A stretch of 64,000 nucleotides of DNA. It comes from Promethearchaeota archaeon. GTDB taxonomy: Archaea; Asgardarchaeota; Lokiarchaeia; Sigyniarchaeales; SOKP01. Below the pieces are notes generated by a model. It had not been told where the DNA came from. It made no database searches and was given only the letters and a program-made list of their open reading frames with translations. The stretch spans positions 96,001-160,000 of the forward strand of contig JAHPZE010000001.1 in the NCBI GenBank assembly GCA_019058365.1, written 5' to 3'. Position numbers and translations under genes: made by a program. Numbering within the stretch: the first letter of the stretch is position 1; every line of letters begins with the position of its first letter. Shown piece by piece: positions 1-10,849 of the stretch.

Positions 1-1
1 T

Positions 2-736
2 GTTTTTCTTAATGTAAGATTCAATAATGGAACTAATATAAAAAAAGTAGTTAATTTTTCAATTAACATATCACTTCAGGGATTTGAAGGATTATTATTC
101 TATATGTATATGCCAGATGTTAAAAAAATAAAATTTGACTTGTATAGACATTCCCTTAATCAATCCTATGAAATTTCTAATCTAAATTTTGCGTTGAATA
201 ATAGCACATCAAATTCATTAGACTTTGTTATAATTCCTTTTGGTTATTTTAAGGATGAGCATAAATTTAATTTGGATATACGAAGTGATGAACTGGAATC
301 TAGCTTCGAATTGCATGCGTGGGCACCATCAAATCTGTATAAACATTTAAAATCTGTTATTAAAATAGACAATAAATATTCAGAATTAATCCCAATCGAT
401 GATTTTAAGGGATATTACTTTCATTTTAATAGTTCATTTAAAGGAAATGAAACAGGGAGATTATTTGATTTAATAAATCTACTTGTAGATTTAGATAAAA
501 CAGTAGATGAATTAGATAACGAACCTCTCTTCTATGCAATGGATTCGGAAATAAAAAATTTAGTTACAAAAAGTAATGAATATTTATTTGAGTTATGTCA
601 GACGTCTGTCCCATTAGATACAAGGAATATATTAAGGGAATTAGAACGTTTAAAGTACAATATTGATAGTCTTACAAAAGAGGAAATATTTAATTGGCTG
701 GATGATTTAGTTAATTTCTATTCAGGTAAAGAATAA
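2..736 (+). CDS. Hypothetical protein, 5'-truncated by window edge
   Basis: The frame of ORF 104..736 stays open back to position 2; no recognisable motif. Confidence 0.6.
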   Translation, partial: VFLNVRFNNGTNIKKVVNFSINISLQGFEGLLFYMYMPDVKKIKFDLYRHSLNQSYEISNLNFALNNSTSNSLDFVIIPFGYFKDEHKFNLDIRSDELESSFELHAWAPSNLYKHLKSVIKIDNKYSELIPIDDFKGYYFHFNSSFKGNETGRLFDLINLLVDLDKTVDELDNEPLFYAMDSEIKNLVTKSNEYLFELCQTSVPLDTRNILRELERLKYNIDSLTKEEIFNWLDDLVNFYSGKE

Positions 737-845
737 TCGTGATAAATTTTTAACCAAAATTCGTTTTTTATATCATAAAAGATAATTTTTTAAAATCAAC
801 ATTATTATTAGAATTATTTACTATTTTATAAACTAGATATTTGTT

Positions 846-1088
846 ATGTGTTTAGCAATACCAGGAAAAATATTAAAAATCGATGGCAATTCTGCATTAG
901 TAGATTTTGATGGGCTAAAACAAAATGTAATTATCGCATTGATTCAAAATCCCGAGATTGGAAAGTATGTTATCGTTCATGCTGGCTATGCCATAGAAAT
1001 GATAAATGAAAAAGAAGCTATGGAAGCCATAGAGCAATGGAAAGAACTTACTGAAAGTCAAGATTTAAATCTAACAGATATTCTTTAA
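846..1088 (+). CDS. hypC: Hydrogenase maturation chaperone HypC/HupF
   Basis: N-terminal MCLAIPGKI and VIVHAGYA signature motifs; 80 aa. Confidence 0.95.
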   Translation: MCLAIPGKILKIDGNSALVDFDGLKQNVIIALIQNPEIGKYVIVHAGYAIEMINEKEAMEAIEQWKELTESQDLNLTDIL

Positions 1089-1098
1089 AGTAAATAGT

Positions 1099-1902
1099 CT
1101 ATAAGTCAAATAATTCTTGTTTTAATTTTTTTAATTTTTCATATAGAAACTTAATTGACAAAATTCCTTCTGAATTTGGATTATAATCAAAAGGTGATCT
1201 ACCTTCTAAATCAGCTTTTCCAATATCTGGGTCAAATGGAATAGAATGATATAGGGGAACCTCCCAATTTTGTATTTTTTTATTGATAATTTCTTTTTGT
1301 GATTCATCAATTATTTTATTTGCAATTAAAAAAATATTAATAATCCCTAATTTTTTAGACAGTTCAATTATTTTATTGCTCAAATCTAAAGATTTTTGAG
1401 AGGGTTCAGTAATAACTAGCATTAAATCAATTCCTTTCGCTGTACCGCGTCCTAAATGTTCGATCCCAGCTTCAAAATCTACAATAACTACCTCATCTCT
1501 TTTAATAAATAAATTATATAATAGAGTTCTTATTAATGCATTTTCTGGGCATAAACATCCAGTAGCGGGCTCTTCAATTCCACCTAAAACCAAAAGTTGT
1601 AAACCATCTGGACCAGAAACCTTATATCTATCAGGAATATCAGAGACGCTTGGATTAATATTATAAACTCCCGGTCCCGCACCTTTTACTAATGTTCTCT
1701 CTTGAATCATTGATTTCATTTCTTTAATTGGGACGATCTTATCTTTTGTATTTTCATCAATTCCTAAAGTATAACTAAGGTTCATCGCTGAATCATTATC
1801 AATTGCAAGAACTTTAAACCCATCTCTTGCAAACATTCTTGCTAAAATTCCAGCTACTAAAGTTTTCCCAACTCCTCCTTTGCCTGATATCGCAATCTTC
1901 AT
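1099..1902 (-). CDS. cooC: CO dehydrogenase/acetyl-CoA synthase nickel-insertion ATPase (CooC/AcsF)
   Basis: MKIAISGKGGVGKT deviant Walker A, GCLCPEN CxC nickel motif, DFEAGIEHLGRGT. Confidence 0.92.
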   Translation of the reverse strand: MKIAISGKGGVGKTLVAGILARMFARDGFKVLAIDNDSAMNLSYTLGIDENTKDKIVPIKEMKSMIQERTLVKGAGPGVYNINPSVSDIPDRYKVSGPDGLQLLVLGGIEEPATGCLCPENALIRTLLYNLFIKRDEVVIVDFEAGIEHLGRGTAKGIDLMLVITEPSQKSLDLSNKIIELSKKLGIINIFLIANKIIDESQKEIINKKIQNWEVPLYHSIPFDPDIGKADLEGRSPFDYNPNSEGILSIKFLYEKLKKLKQELFDL

Positions 1903-2042
1903 TGTTACTTTAATACTAATTTGAAATCAATTAAAGTTTTTATTTATAAGTCTAAATAATTTGGGAAGAATGACAAAAATAGGATAATATAAAGAGATCT
2001 AAATTAAATATTACATAAGGTTTATAAAATTATAATATAAGA

Positions 2043-2783
2043 ATGCAATTTATTGATAAGTTATTGAGAGATGACTATTCAATTGAACAAGCAGAAGCTA
2101 TCCAAATTAAATATCAAAAATTAATCAATAGATCTTCAAAAACAAAAGAGATTACAAAGATTGAACATATAAAAATTATCGTTGGTTTAGATGTTTCATA
2201 CTATAAAAAACATAATTATGAATATGGAATTGCTTGTGCAGTAATTTGGAATTTAAAGAAAAATAAAAAAGAAGACCATTTTTTTATTCAAGATCAAATT
2301 AAATTTCCATATAAACCGGGATTCCTTGGATTTAGAGAATGCAAAATTCTGGCAAAAGTAATATCAACACTCCCAATTATACCAGATCTTATAATGTGTG
2401 ATGGTCATGGAAAAATACATCCAAGAAGATTTGGAGAAGCAGTTCATCTGGGAGTAGCTCTAAATATCTGTAGTATAGGGGTGGCTAAAAATCCATTCAT
2501 CGGATATTCTGATTGGAATGAAATTGAAAAATTCAAAGGTAATAAAACACCAGTATGGGAAAAAAATCCGAAATTACAATCTGAAAATTCATTTAATGAA
2601 ATATTAGGATATGCTGTCTGTTTAAACGATGGTTTAAAGCCTGTTTTTATAAGTGAGGGATATAAAATAAACATAAATAATGCTATGAGAATTTGTTTAT
2701 TAACAACTAAAGAACATCGACAACCAGAACCACTCTATTTAGCAGATTATCTTTCTAGAAAAGAATTGATTAATTGTTATTAA
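2043..2783 (+). CDS. nfi: Endonuclease V (inosine-specific)
   Basis: GLDVSY, FPYKPGFLGFRE, DGHGKIHPRRFG, IGVAK, PVFIS.G and PEPL..AD motifs. Confidence 0.93.
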   Translation: MQFIDKLLRDDYSIEQAEAIQIKYQKLINRSSKTKEITKIEHIKIIVGLDVSYYKKHNYEYGIACAVIWNLKKNKKEDHFFIQDQIKFPYKPGFLGFRECKILAKVISTLPIIPDLIMCDGHGKIHPRRFGEAVHLGVALNICSIGVAKNPFIGYSDWNEIEKFKGNKTPVWEKNPKLQSENSFNEILGYAVCLNDGLKPVFISEGYKININNAMRICLLTTKEHRQPEPLYLADYLSRKELINCY

Positions 2784-3043
2784 CTTGGTCGGCCCATTTT
2801 TTGCAATTTTTTAGAGACTTTCATTAATTCACGGAATAAATTTGCGTTATCTTCTGGGTCTACTATCTGTAATAATTTATCATTTAATTCTTTCATTTTT
2901 ATTGTTAAATCGATGAATTCTTTTGGTGGATCTATTTGATAATGATAATGCTTTTTTCCATCCTTATTTATTTCAATGTATACCCATTTTTCCGCTTTTT
3001 GACTCCAGTTCCATCGATGAGGAGTTAATAACCTTCTTCCCAT
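2780..3043 (-). CDS. Small hypothetical protein
   Basis: 87-aa ORF convergent with nfi (4-nt overlap); plausible composition, no motif. Confidence 0.6.
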   Translation of the reverse strand: MGRRLLTPHRWNWSQKAEKWVYIEINKDGKKHYHYQIDPPKEFIDLTIKMKELNDKLLQIVDPEDNANLFRELMKVSKKLQKMGRPS

Positions 3044-3133
3044 TTTCTTCTGATATTAAAGATAAATAATTCATGTTAAAGAATAATAACTTATCAATAC
3101 CTCTAAAAATGAATACAAATTTGTCTAAAGAAG

Positions 3134-4618
3134 TTATGCTTCTGAAATATCATTTAAAATTTTAAGTGCAAGCTCTCTAACATCAACATCAGCATCTTTA
3201 GTAACTTTTTTTAAAAGAGACATAAACTCTTCATTTTTCTTCTCAAACTTACTCAGTGCTTTAATGACATTATATCTAACTATCCAATCTTTATCATTAA
3301 TCAATTCAAATAAAGCATCATAAACCTTTTTATATCTGAAGTGACCTAAAATTTTTATAGCATTTCTTTTGATCTCACTATTTTTACTCTTTAAATCCTG
3401 TATAAGTAAATTTATTACTGTTTCCTTGTTATTTTTATCAAACAAATGATACATTCTATTAAAAAGAGAGAGCTGTAATTGGGTTGGTATGTTTTTTAAT
3501 ATTTTTGGCTCATAGACTTGTCCATTCTTTATGCTCATTTCTTTCTCTTTTAATTTTTTTAACACCTCATTAAGCTTCTGGTTTTCTTTTTGATATTTGG
3601 ATAACTCAATCTTTATGTTCTCAAACTTTTCCCTCATTTCAGCAAATTTTAATGCATCGTCTGTTGAAACTATTACTGGTTCATGAGTATTCTTTAATTG
3701 GACCTTTAAATAATTTATTTGAGCTTCATATTCTGCTATTTTGGCAGTTAAAATACTAATTTTATCATTAACTAATTTTAATTCTTCTGAACCTTTGTCT
3801 TCATATTCATTTACTTTAGTTTTTAAAGATTCTAATTCGGTTGATAGAATAGCATTTCTCTCTCGAGCAGATTCCAATTCTTCTGAACTTGTTTCTATAT
3901 TTTCATGTAATTTGGTTTTAAGTGACTCGCATTTGGATAATAACATTACATTTCTGTTGTTAGCGATTTCTAATTCTTCTGAAATTGCCTCTTCTAAGCT
4001 TTCTTGAAATTTTGTTTTTAGTGATTCCACTTCTACACGTAATAATCCATTTTCTTCCATCAATTGAAAGTTCAATCTTTTAATATTTATCAATTCCTCA
4101 TTTACTTCGGGTTCTTCATTTTTTTCTTCGATAAGTTCCTTAACTTCACTCTTTTCTAATTGTAACTCCTCGATTTGGTCCTTTAAAAATTTAATTCGAC
4201 TTCCGTATTCTTGATTTTCATTACTTAATTGGACAATTTGCATCTGAGCTTCGAGAAGTTCTTTGTTACTTACTTCTAGTTGACTAATATCTCCATCATT
4301 CTCAATGTTTGCTGTTAATATATCAATATTTTCATATAGTTTTTCAATATCACTCTGTTTTTCATTCAATTCTAGTCGTTGAGAAGAAATTATATCTTTT
4401 AAAATATCAATTTCACTAGGAAGCTCAACTCTTTCAATTTGTTCCTCTTTCATTTGACTTTTAAGACTTTCAATTAAAAATTTCTGTTCTTTAACTGTAA
4501 ATTTCAACTTATTTATTTTTTCCTTTAAAGAGGATATTACCTGCTCTAATTCTGCATGAGAACGGGTCTCCTTTTCGACTGTATTAATTAAATCTTTCAA
4601 GTCTCTACTCATGATCAA
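3134..4618 (-). CDS. Long coiled-coil protein with C-terminal HEAT/PBS-lyase repeats
   Basis: About 360 aa of E/K/L heptad-rich sequence, then HEAT-like units (DLKSKNSEIKRNAIKILG; DKDWIVRYNVIKALSK; DADVDVRELALKIL). Confidence 0.8.
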   Translation of the reverse strand: MIMSRDLKDLINTVEKETRSHAELEQVISSLKEKINKLKFTVKEQKFLIESLKSQMKEEQIERVELPSEIDILKDIISSQRLELNEKQSDIEKLYENIDILTANIENDGDISQLEVSNKELLEAQMQIVQLSNENQEYGSRIKFLKDQIEELQLEKSEVKELIEEKNEEPEVNEELINIKRLNFQLMEENGLLRVEVESLKTKFQESLEEAISEELEIANNRNVMLLSKCESLKTKLHENIETSSEELESARERNAILSTELESLKTKVNEYEDKGSEELKLVNDKISILTAKIAEYEAQINYLKVQLKNTHEPVIVSTDDALKFAEMREKFENIKIELSKYQKENQKLNEVLKKLKEKEMSIKNGQVYEPKILKNIPTQLQLSLFNRMYHLFDKNNKETVINLLIQDLKSKNSEIKRNAIKILGHFRYKKVYDALFELINDKDWIVRYNVIKALSKFEKKNEEFMSLLKKVTKDADVDVRELALKILNDISEA

Positions 4619-4738
4619 TTAATCCAATTGATTTTATTATATAAGAAAAATAGGTAATTCAATAATATTAATATAGATAATATCTAAAAATTTTTAGTAT
4701 GTTAAAAGAGAATTAAAAAAAATCCTTTAATCTTATGC

Positions 4739-5215
4739 TCATAATATTTTAATATCTATAATTTTATCACCTTGAACTATAGAATCAACGACATCTTGGT
4801 CTAAGGCGCTGATCACTTCCCCAAATATTGTATGTTTATTGTTAAGGTGTGGTGTAGGTACATGCGTTATGAAAATTTGGGATCCATTAGTATTAGGTCC
4901 TGCATTGGCCATCGCTAATATACCTGGTTTATCAAATTTTCTCCCACTTTGGAATTCATCCGCAAAAGGATAACTAATTTGTTTATTTTGATAAGGAAAT
5001 GAGCTAATACCTTTATCTCTCGGTCCACCTGTCCCACGACCTAACGGACAGCCGACTTGGATCATAAAATCAGCGATTACACGGTGGAAAACAATATCAT
5101 TATAAAAATTTTGATGTATCAAGTGTAAAAAGCTAGCAACTGTCATTGGGGCATCATCATCAAATAAATTGATATTTATTTGACCTTTATTTGTTATTAT
5201 ATTAATTCTGGTCAT
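4739..5215 (-). CDS. Cyclophilin-type peptidyl-prolyl cis-trans isomerase
   Basis: [42 protein letters not shown]. Confidence 0.95.
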   Translation of the reverse strand: MTRINIITNKGQININLFDDDAPMTVASFLHLIHQNFYNDIVFHRVIADFMIQVGCPLGRGTGGPRDKGISSFPYQNKQISYPFADEFQSGRKFDKPGILAMANAGPNTNGSQIFITHVPTPHLNNKHTIFGEVISALDQDVVDSIVQGDKIIDIKIL

Positions 5216-5354
5216 ACAGAAAGGAAGGATGAAAAATTTTTAATAATTATGTTTTTAAAATAATCGTTTATGATATATTTTTTATCAATGAAAAATTTAA
5301 AAATAATCACAATAATAGAATTTTATACAAGTTTTTTTAGAATATATTCAATAT

Positions 5355-7517
5355 TTGGATGAAAAAATGGCTAATAGCGATATCTCTTTTTTCTTTAATC
5401 CTAAAAGTATTGCTGTAATTGGAGCTAGTGAGACTGAGGGGAAAGTTGGCAACACCGTTTTAAATAATATAATAAATTCGGGTTATAATGGCAAAATTTA
5501 CCCTATAAATCCAAAAGTTCATAAGGTTTGTGATTTACCTTGCTATAAAAATGTTTTGGAAGTACCTGAAGATATTGATATAGCTATTTTTGTTATCCCA
5601 GGAAAATTTGTTAATAGCGCTGCAGAGGAATGCGGCAAAAAGGGAGTGAAAGGATTAATCATCGTCTCAGCAGGATTTAAAGAAATTGGTGGAGAAGGAG
5701 TTGAAAGAGAAGAGGAACTGATCAAAATAAGTAAAAAGTATAATATGAGAATTTTAGGTCCAAACTGTTTAGGTTTTATCGGTATTAACTATAATGGCTC
5801 ATTCGCCGCAGAAACTCCTAAAAAAGGAGGTATAGCTATGATATCACAGTCAGGAGCTATGCTTACAGCGATGATGGATCTGAGTATGAATGAATCATAT
5901 GGATTCTCCTGTAATATAAGTTTGGGTAATAAAGCAGATTTAGGGGCTGTAGATTTCATAGAATATCTAACTTATGATCAAAATACAAAAGTTATTTTAT
6001 GTTATCTAGAAAGTATTAAGGATGGTGAGAGATTCCTCGAAGTTTTACCAAAAGCTACAAGAAAAAAACCGATTATAATATTAAAATCTGGAACAAGTGA
6101 AGCTGGTGCAAGAGCTGCTTCAAGTCATACTGGAGCTTTAGCAGGAGCAGATATTGCTTATGATCTAGCTTTTGAGAAATGTGGAGTAATCAGAGCAAAA
6201 ACGATTGAAGATTTATTCGATTATGGTGAAGCTTTTCTTTATCAACCAATTCCTAAAACAAATTCTTTTGCTATTATTACGAATGCAGGAGGTCCAGGAA
6301 TTATAGCTACAGATGCATTTGAACGTGAAGGTTTGAAATTTTCAAGTTTTTCAGAACCAATTCTTCATTCTTTAAGAGAAAATTTGCCTTTAGAAGCAGC
6401 AATCTTTAATCCAATTGATATAGTAGGAGATGCTACACCAAATAGATATGAATTTACAATTAAAACTGTTTTTGGTCTAAATTCTGGACAAAATTTTAAT
6501 GATATAACAACAGAAGGAGCCTTAATAATTTTGACTCCCCAAGCTCAAACTAAACCGACCGAAGTTGCAAAACTCATTCATAATATATCATCAAAATATT
6601 TAGAAACCAAACCAATTGTATGTTCCTTTATTGGAGGAAAAAATATTTTAGAAGGAAGGGAATATTTAAAACAAAATCATATTCCATGTTATAATTTTCC
6701 AGATAGAGCAGCTCATTCATTAAAAACCTTAACAAAGCGAAGTAATTATTTAACAACTACACCATTGAATCAATTAGAAATTCCTTCATTTAAAGTAAAC
6801 AAAAAACGAGTAAAAGAAATCTTCTCTAATGTTCGAAAAGATGACAGAATGGTTTTACTAAGTTATGAAACAAGTGAAGTTTTTGATTGCTATGGGATAA
6901 AATCGCCTAAATCACGATTAGCACAAACTCCAAGACAAGCAATGAGATTGCAATCTGAAATTGGAAAGTCTGTTATGAAAATAGTAAGCCCGCATATTAT
7001 ACATAAAACTGATGTTGGGGGAATTCTATTAAATATTGCAACAGAACAAGATGCCTTTGAAGCTTATATACAAATAGTGAATAACGCTAAAAAATTTGGT
7101 CCACAAAATGCTAAAATTTACGGGGTTGAAGTCCAAGAGATGATTGACTTTAAATCGCAAGAAAAGATAAATGAGATAATCATTGGTATGTCTCAAGATC
7201 CTGGTTTTGGGCCTATACTTATGTTCGGAACGGGAGGAATATATGCTAATTTTATGAAAGATGTATCATTTGCATTAGCATATAAATATACAAGAGAAGA
7301 TGTTAAACAACAAATTGAAAATACAAAAATTTATAGTCTTTTGCAAGGAGTAAGAGGCGAATCCCCATCAGATATTGAAGCCATCATAGATGTTATGCTT
7401 AGACTTTCACAACTTGTAATTGATTTTCCAGAGATCGTTGAATTAGATATTAATCCACTTCTAGCTTTTATAAAGGGTTACAGTGCTGTGGATATAAAAA
7501 TTACAATAAAAAGATAA
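5355..7517 (+). CDS. acd: ADP-forming acetate/acyl-CoA ligase, fused alpha-beta (CoA-binding plus ATP-grasp)
   Basis: FFNPKSIAVIGAS, GPNCLG, SQSGA, phospho-His motif SSHTGALAG, HKTDVGG, ELDINPL. True start may be ATG at 5367. Confidence 0.92.
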   Translation: MDEKMANSDISFFFNPKSIAVIGASETEGKVGNTVLNNIINSGYNGKIYPINPKVHKVCDLPCYKNVLEVPEDIDIAIFVIPGKFVNSAAEECGKKGVKGLIIVSAGFKEIGGEGVEREEELIKISKKYNMRILGPNCLGFIGINYNGSFAAETPKKGGIAMISQSGAMLTAMMDLSMNESYGFSCNISLGNKADLGAVDFIEYLTYDQNTKVILCYLESIKDGERFLEVLPKATRKKPIIILKSGTSEAGARAASSHTGALAGADIAYDLAFEKCGVIRAKTIEDLFDYGEAFLYQPIPKTNSFAIITNAGGPGIIATDAFEREGLKFSSFSEPILHSLRENLPLEAAIFNPIDIVGDATPNRYEFTIKTVFGLNSGQNFNDITTEGALIILTPQAQTKPTEVAKLIHNISSKYLETKPIVCSFIGGKNILEGREYLKQNHIPCYNFPDRAAHSLKTLTKRSNYLTTTPLNQLEIPSFKVNKKRVKEIFSNVRKDDRMVLLSYETSEVFDCYGIKSPKSRLAQTPRQAMRLQSEIGKSVMKIVSPHIIHKTDVGGILLNIATEQDAFEAYIQIVNNAKKFGPQNAKIYGVEVQEMIDFKSQEKINEIIIGMSQDPGFGPILMFGTGGIYANFMKDVSFALAYKYTREDVKQQIENTKIYSLLQGVRGESPSDIEAIIDVMLRLSQLVIDFPEIVELDINPLLAFIKGYSAVDIKITIKR

Positions 7518-7579
7518 AGAATAATTAAATATAAAGTTAAAATAATATAATAAGGAAAGAAATTAAAAAAGGGAGGAAT

Positions 7580-8641
7580 ATGGTAAAAATATTTTATTTA
7601 AGTTCTTTAGAAGAAGATGCTGGAAAAAGTTTTCTTTCGATAGGTTTTATTCAAAAATTAAAAAAAGAAGGAAAAAAATTTGCTTATTTTAAACCAATAG
7701 GTATTCCTAAAAGTGCTTTTACGAATAAAGCAGATCCAGATGTAGGATTTATCTTGAATACCATTTATCGAACAGATTATCCCTATGATTTTATTTCCCC
7801 TGTTTCAATTCCAGATGCATATTATGTTGATTTAATTAATACTGATAAAAAAAAAGAATTTTTACAGAAAATAAATAAAGCTTATAATAAAATTACTAAA
7901 GATGTTGACTATATTATTATTGAAGGTAATCCAAGTATTAGAAAGTTCATTAGAGTAGGACTAGATGATGTTAGTATTGCACAAACTCTTGGTATAAATG
8001 AATTGATCTATGTATCAACAAAATCATCAGATCGAAGTATAGATAACATATATTTCACTAAAAATTATTTCGAGTTCAGGAATATGGGTATTAAAGGAGT
8101 CCTATTTAATAAAATAGATTTTGAATACATCGCGCGAATTAAAGAACTCACGGAAGAACATATAAATAGATATGATATTCCTTTATTAGGAATAATAGAA
8201 AAAAATATCGAGTTATTTTCACCTCGAGTAAATGAAATTGTAGCACAAATTGGTGGAGAATTGATAAACGAACAAGCATCCTCAGGTTTAAATAATAGAG
8301 TAGAAACATTCCTTATTGGTGCTATGAATGCACAGTCAGCATTAAAGTATTTACGGCAAGTTAAACGAGCAGCTTTCATTACAGGGGGCGACAGAACAGA
8401 TTTAGCTATGGCTGCATTAGCTCAAGATGTTTCAACACTAATACTAACGGGTTTTATACAGCCTGATATTGGAGTAATTACAGCAGCTAATGATAAAGGG
8501 ATACCAATTATCCTAAGCCCTTCTGATACATATACCACTATGAGAAATCTAGAACGGTTAAAACCAGGCATCCAAGAAGATGAGATTGAAAAAGTACTGC
8601 AAATTATTGAAAAAAATATTAATTGGGATTTATTATTATAA
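7580..8641 (+). CDS. Phosphotransacetylase N-terminal-like protein (BioD-like P-loop plus DRTGG domain)
   Basis: AGKSFLS, YFKPIG, ITGGDRTDL; lacks the catalytic PTA domain; directly downstream of acd. Confidence 0.88.
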   Translation: MVKIFYLSSLEEDAGKSFLSIGFIQKLKKEGKKFAYFKPIGIPKSAFTNKADPDVGFILNTIYRTDYPYDFISPVSIPDAYYVDLINTDKKKEFLQKINKAYNKITKDVDYIIIEGNPSIRKFIRVGLDDVSIAQTLGINELIYVSTKSSDRSIDNIYFTKNYFEFRNMGIKGVLFNKIDFEYIARIKELTEEHINRYDIPLLGIIEKNIELFSPRVNEIVAQIGGELINEQASSGLNNRVETFLIGAMNAQSALKYLRQVKRAAFITGGDRTDLAMAALAQDVSTLILTGFIQPDIGVITAANDKGIPIILSPSDTYTTMRNLERLKPGIQEDEIEKVLQIIEKNINWDLLL

Positions 8642-8787
8642 TTTATTTTTTAAATAATTTTTGGGTTAATCCTTTATTTTCTCTTCATTAAATATGCTTA
8701 TTAAATATTAATTTCCATAATATTAATTTATTCAAAATTAGAAAAGAAAAAAGAATTTTAAAATTTGAAATTGAGAATATGGTTTCT

Positions 8788-9045
8788 TTAAGCACTTAAT
8801 CCTGCTAATAATGCAGCAAAAAACGCTGCTAAAAGGACAATAACTAGTATCCAAAAGACCAATCCTAGAATTCCAAGGATTAATCCTATTATTCCAGGTG
8901 CTTTTGAGTCATCTTTAGAAATACCAATCCCACTAAAAATTATTGCAAGAATCGGGAATGCTATAGTCCAGAACCCAAAAAACCATACTAGTATTGCTCC
9001 AAGTATACCACAAATTAAACCAATAATACCAAACGTACTTGCCAT
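8788..9045 (-). CDS. Small membrane protein (DUF4190-like)
   Basis: Gly/Ile-rich hydrophobic helices: GIIGLICGILG, LAIIFSGIG, GIIGLILGILG. Confidence 0.7.
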   Translation of the reverse strand: MASTFGIIGLICGILGAILVWFFGFWTIAFPILAIIFSGIGISKDDSKAPGIIGLILGILGLVFWILVIVLLAAFFAALLAGLSA

Positions 9046-9329
9046 TTTTTACACCATTAATTTAAATTTTATTAAATTAAATTCTTTAAAATTATGTAAT
9101 TATATTGGACACATTATATATATAAATTTAATTATTATTCTATATTATGTGATTTCCTTCCCATTTTATTAAATCTAATGAACAGAAGTTAATAATCAAT
9201 GAATTGAATGATTCTGGATTCACTTTAATTATTAGAGTTAATCAAAATCGAAAATTTATTTAGAATTGAAATATGGATCCAATTAAATGTAATTTTTTTT
9301 AATAAAGATTAAACCTAAGATGATTTAAT

Positions 9330-10523
9330 ATGGTTACTCAAAGAATTAATGAAATTTCATATGCTATCCGCGAAATAGCTGCAGTCGCAAGCGAAGTCGC
9401 TAAAAGTGGAAAAAAAATTTATCATTTAAACATAGGAGACCCTGTTATATATGATTTTCAAACACCAGCATATATTTCTCAAGCATTAGCAGATGCTTCT
9501 TTTGCGGGTAAAAATTATTATGTAGATTCTTTAGGCGCTCCAGAGCTTAGAGAAGAAATAAGTAAATCGTTAATACAAAAATATAAAGTCAAAGTTAGTA
9601 CTGAAGATATTTTAGTTACTTCAGGAGTAACTGAAGCCATCTTCTTTCTTATAGCAACTCTCTTAGAAAATAAAAATGAGATACTTATTCCAGGACCTAG
9701 CTATCCACTTTATATAAATTATGCCAAATTTTTTGATGGAATTCCAGTAGAATATGAATTGGATGAAGATAATGATTGGGAACCTAATATTGACGATTTA
9801 CGAAAGAAGATCAATGATAAAACAAAAGCAATTTTAATATGTTCTCCTAACAATCCTACAGGTGTTATGTATAGTGAAAAAATGATAAAACAAATAATAG
9901 ATATTGCAGGTGAATTTAATTTACCGATAATTTCTGATGAAATTTATGATCAGATTCTGTATGAAAAACCGTTTAATTCTCCAGCTGTTCTATCTAATGA
10001 TGTTCCTATAATTGGTTTAAATGGTTTTTCAAAATCTCATCTTGCTACGGGGTGGAGATTAGGATATATGTATTATTATGATCCTGACAATAAATTAGCT
10101 GATTTAAAAGCGGGTATCGCTAAATTAGCACGAGCACGACTTTCTGCAAGTTCTATTGCACAATATGCTGCAATCGAAATATTAAAGAACCCAGGGACAC
10201 ACACAAAAGAAATGGTTAATAAATTAAAAGAAAGAAGAGATTACTCATATACTCGTTTAAGGAAAATAGAGGGTATAACCTGTGTTAAACCTAATGGAGC
10301 GTTTTATTTATTTCCAAAGTTAGATTTCAATGAATTTAAAAATTGGAAAGATGATAAAGAGTTCATAATTGACCTTCTTAAAACTACGGGAATTTGTGGT
10401 GTTTATGGATCTGGATTTGGAGATTATGGAAAAAATCATTTTCGGTTAACTTTTTTACCGAAAAAAGAGATTTTAGAAACAGTTTATGATTTACTTGAAA
10501 GTTTTTTAACTAAAATTCATTAA
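9330..10523 (+). CDS. PLP-dependent class I/II aminotransferase (alanine aminotransferase-like)
   Basis: ISYAIRE, LNIGDP, PNNPTG, SDEIYD, NGFSKSHLATGWRLGY (PLP Lys). Confidence 0.92.
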   Translation: MVTQRINEISYAIREIAAVASEVAKSGKKIYHLNIGDPVIYDFQTPAYISQALADASFAGKNYYVDSLGAPELREEISKSLIQKYKVKVSTEDILVTSGVTEAIFFLIATLLENKNEILIPGPSYPLYINYAKFFDGIPVEYELDEDNDWEPNIDDLRKKINDKTKAILICSPNNPTGVMYSEKMIKQIIDIAGEFNLPIISDEIYDQILYEKPFNSPAVLSNDVPIIGLNGFSKSHLATGWRLGYMYYYDPDNKLADLKAGIAKLARARLSASSIAQYAAIEILKNPGTHTKEMVNKLKERRDYSYTRLRKIEGITCVKPNGAFYLFPKLDFNEFKNWKDDKEFIIDLLKTTGICGVYGSGFGDYGKNHFRLTFLPKKEILETVYDLLESFLTKIH

Positions 10524-10565
10524 TATTAGTTTTTATACTAAAATATATTTAAAAGAATTGAAATA

Positions 10566-10844
10566 ATGCCCACTGAACGAGAAATAAAATGTGAAAGAAA
10601 AGCAATTTATTTAGATATAATTTGTGGTATTATGTCATCAGCACTAGCATTAACTGCGTTAGCTGTTGCTGCGATTTCGCATAGGATTTTTAGTATGGGA
10701 TGGTTTGCTGTTAGTGTTACATTTTGGACGGCTTATCTACTGTTTTCTTTTTTTTTAATAGGCTTAGGGATTTATACATGGAAAATGAACAAAAATTTTG
10801 AAACAAATAAGGCAAAAAAAGATTTGAAAGCACCTATAGTATAA
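10566..10844 (+). CDS. Small two-TM membrane protein
   Basis: Two hydrophobic stretches and a basic C-terminal tail. Confidence 0.6.
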   Translation: MPTEREIKCERKAIYLDIICGIMSSALALTALAVAAISHRIFSMGWFAVSVTFWTAYLLFSFFLIGLGIYTWKMNKNFETNKAKKDLKAPIV

Positions 10845-10849
10845 TAATA

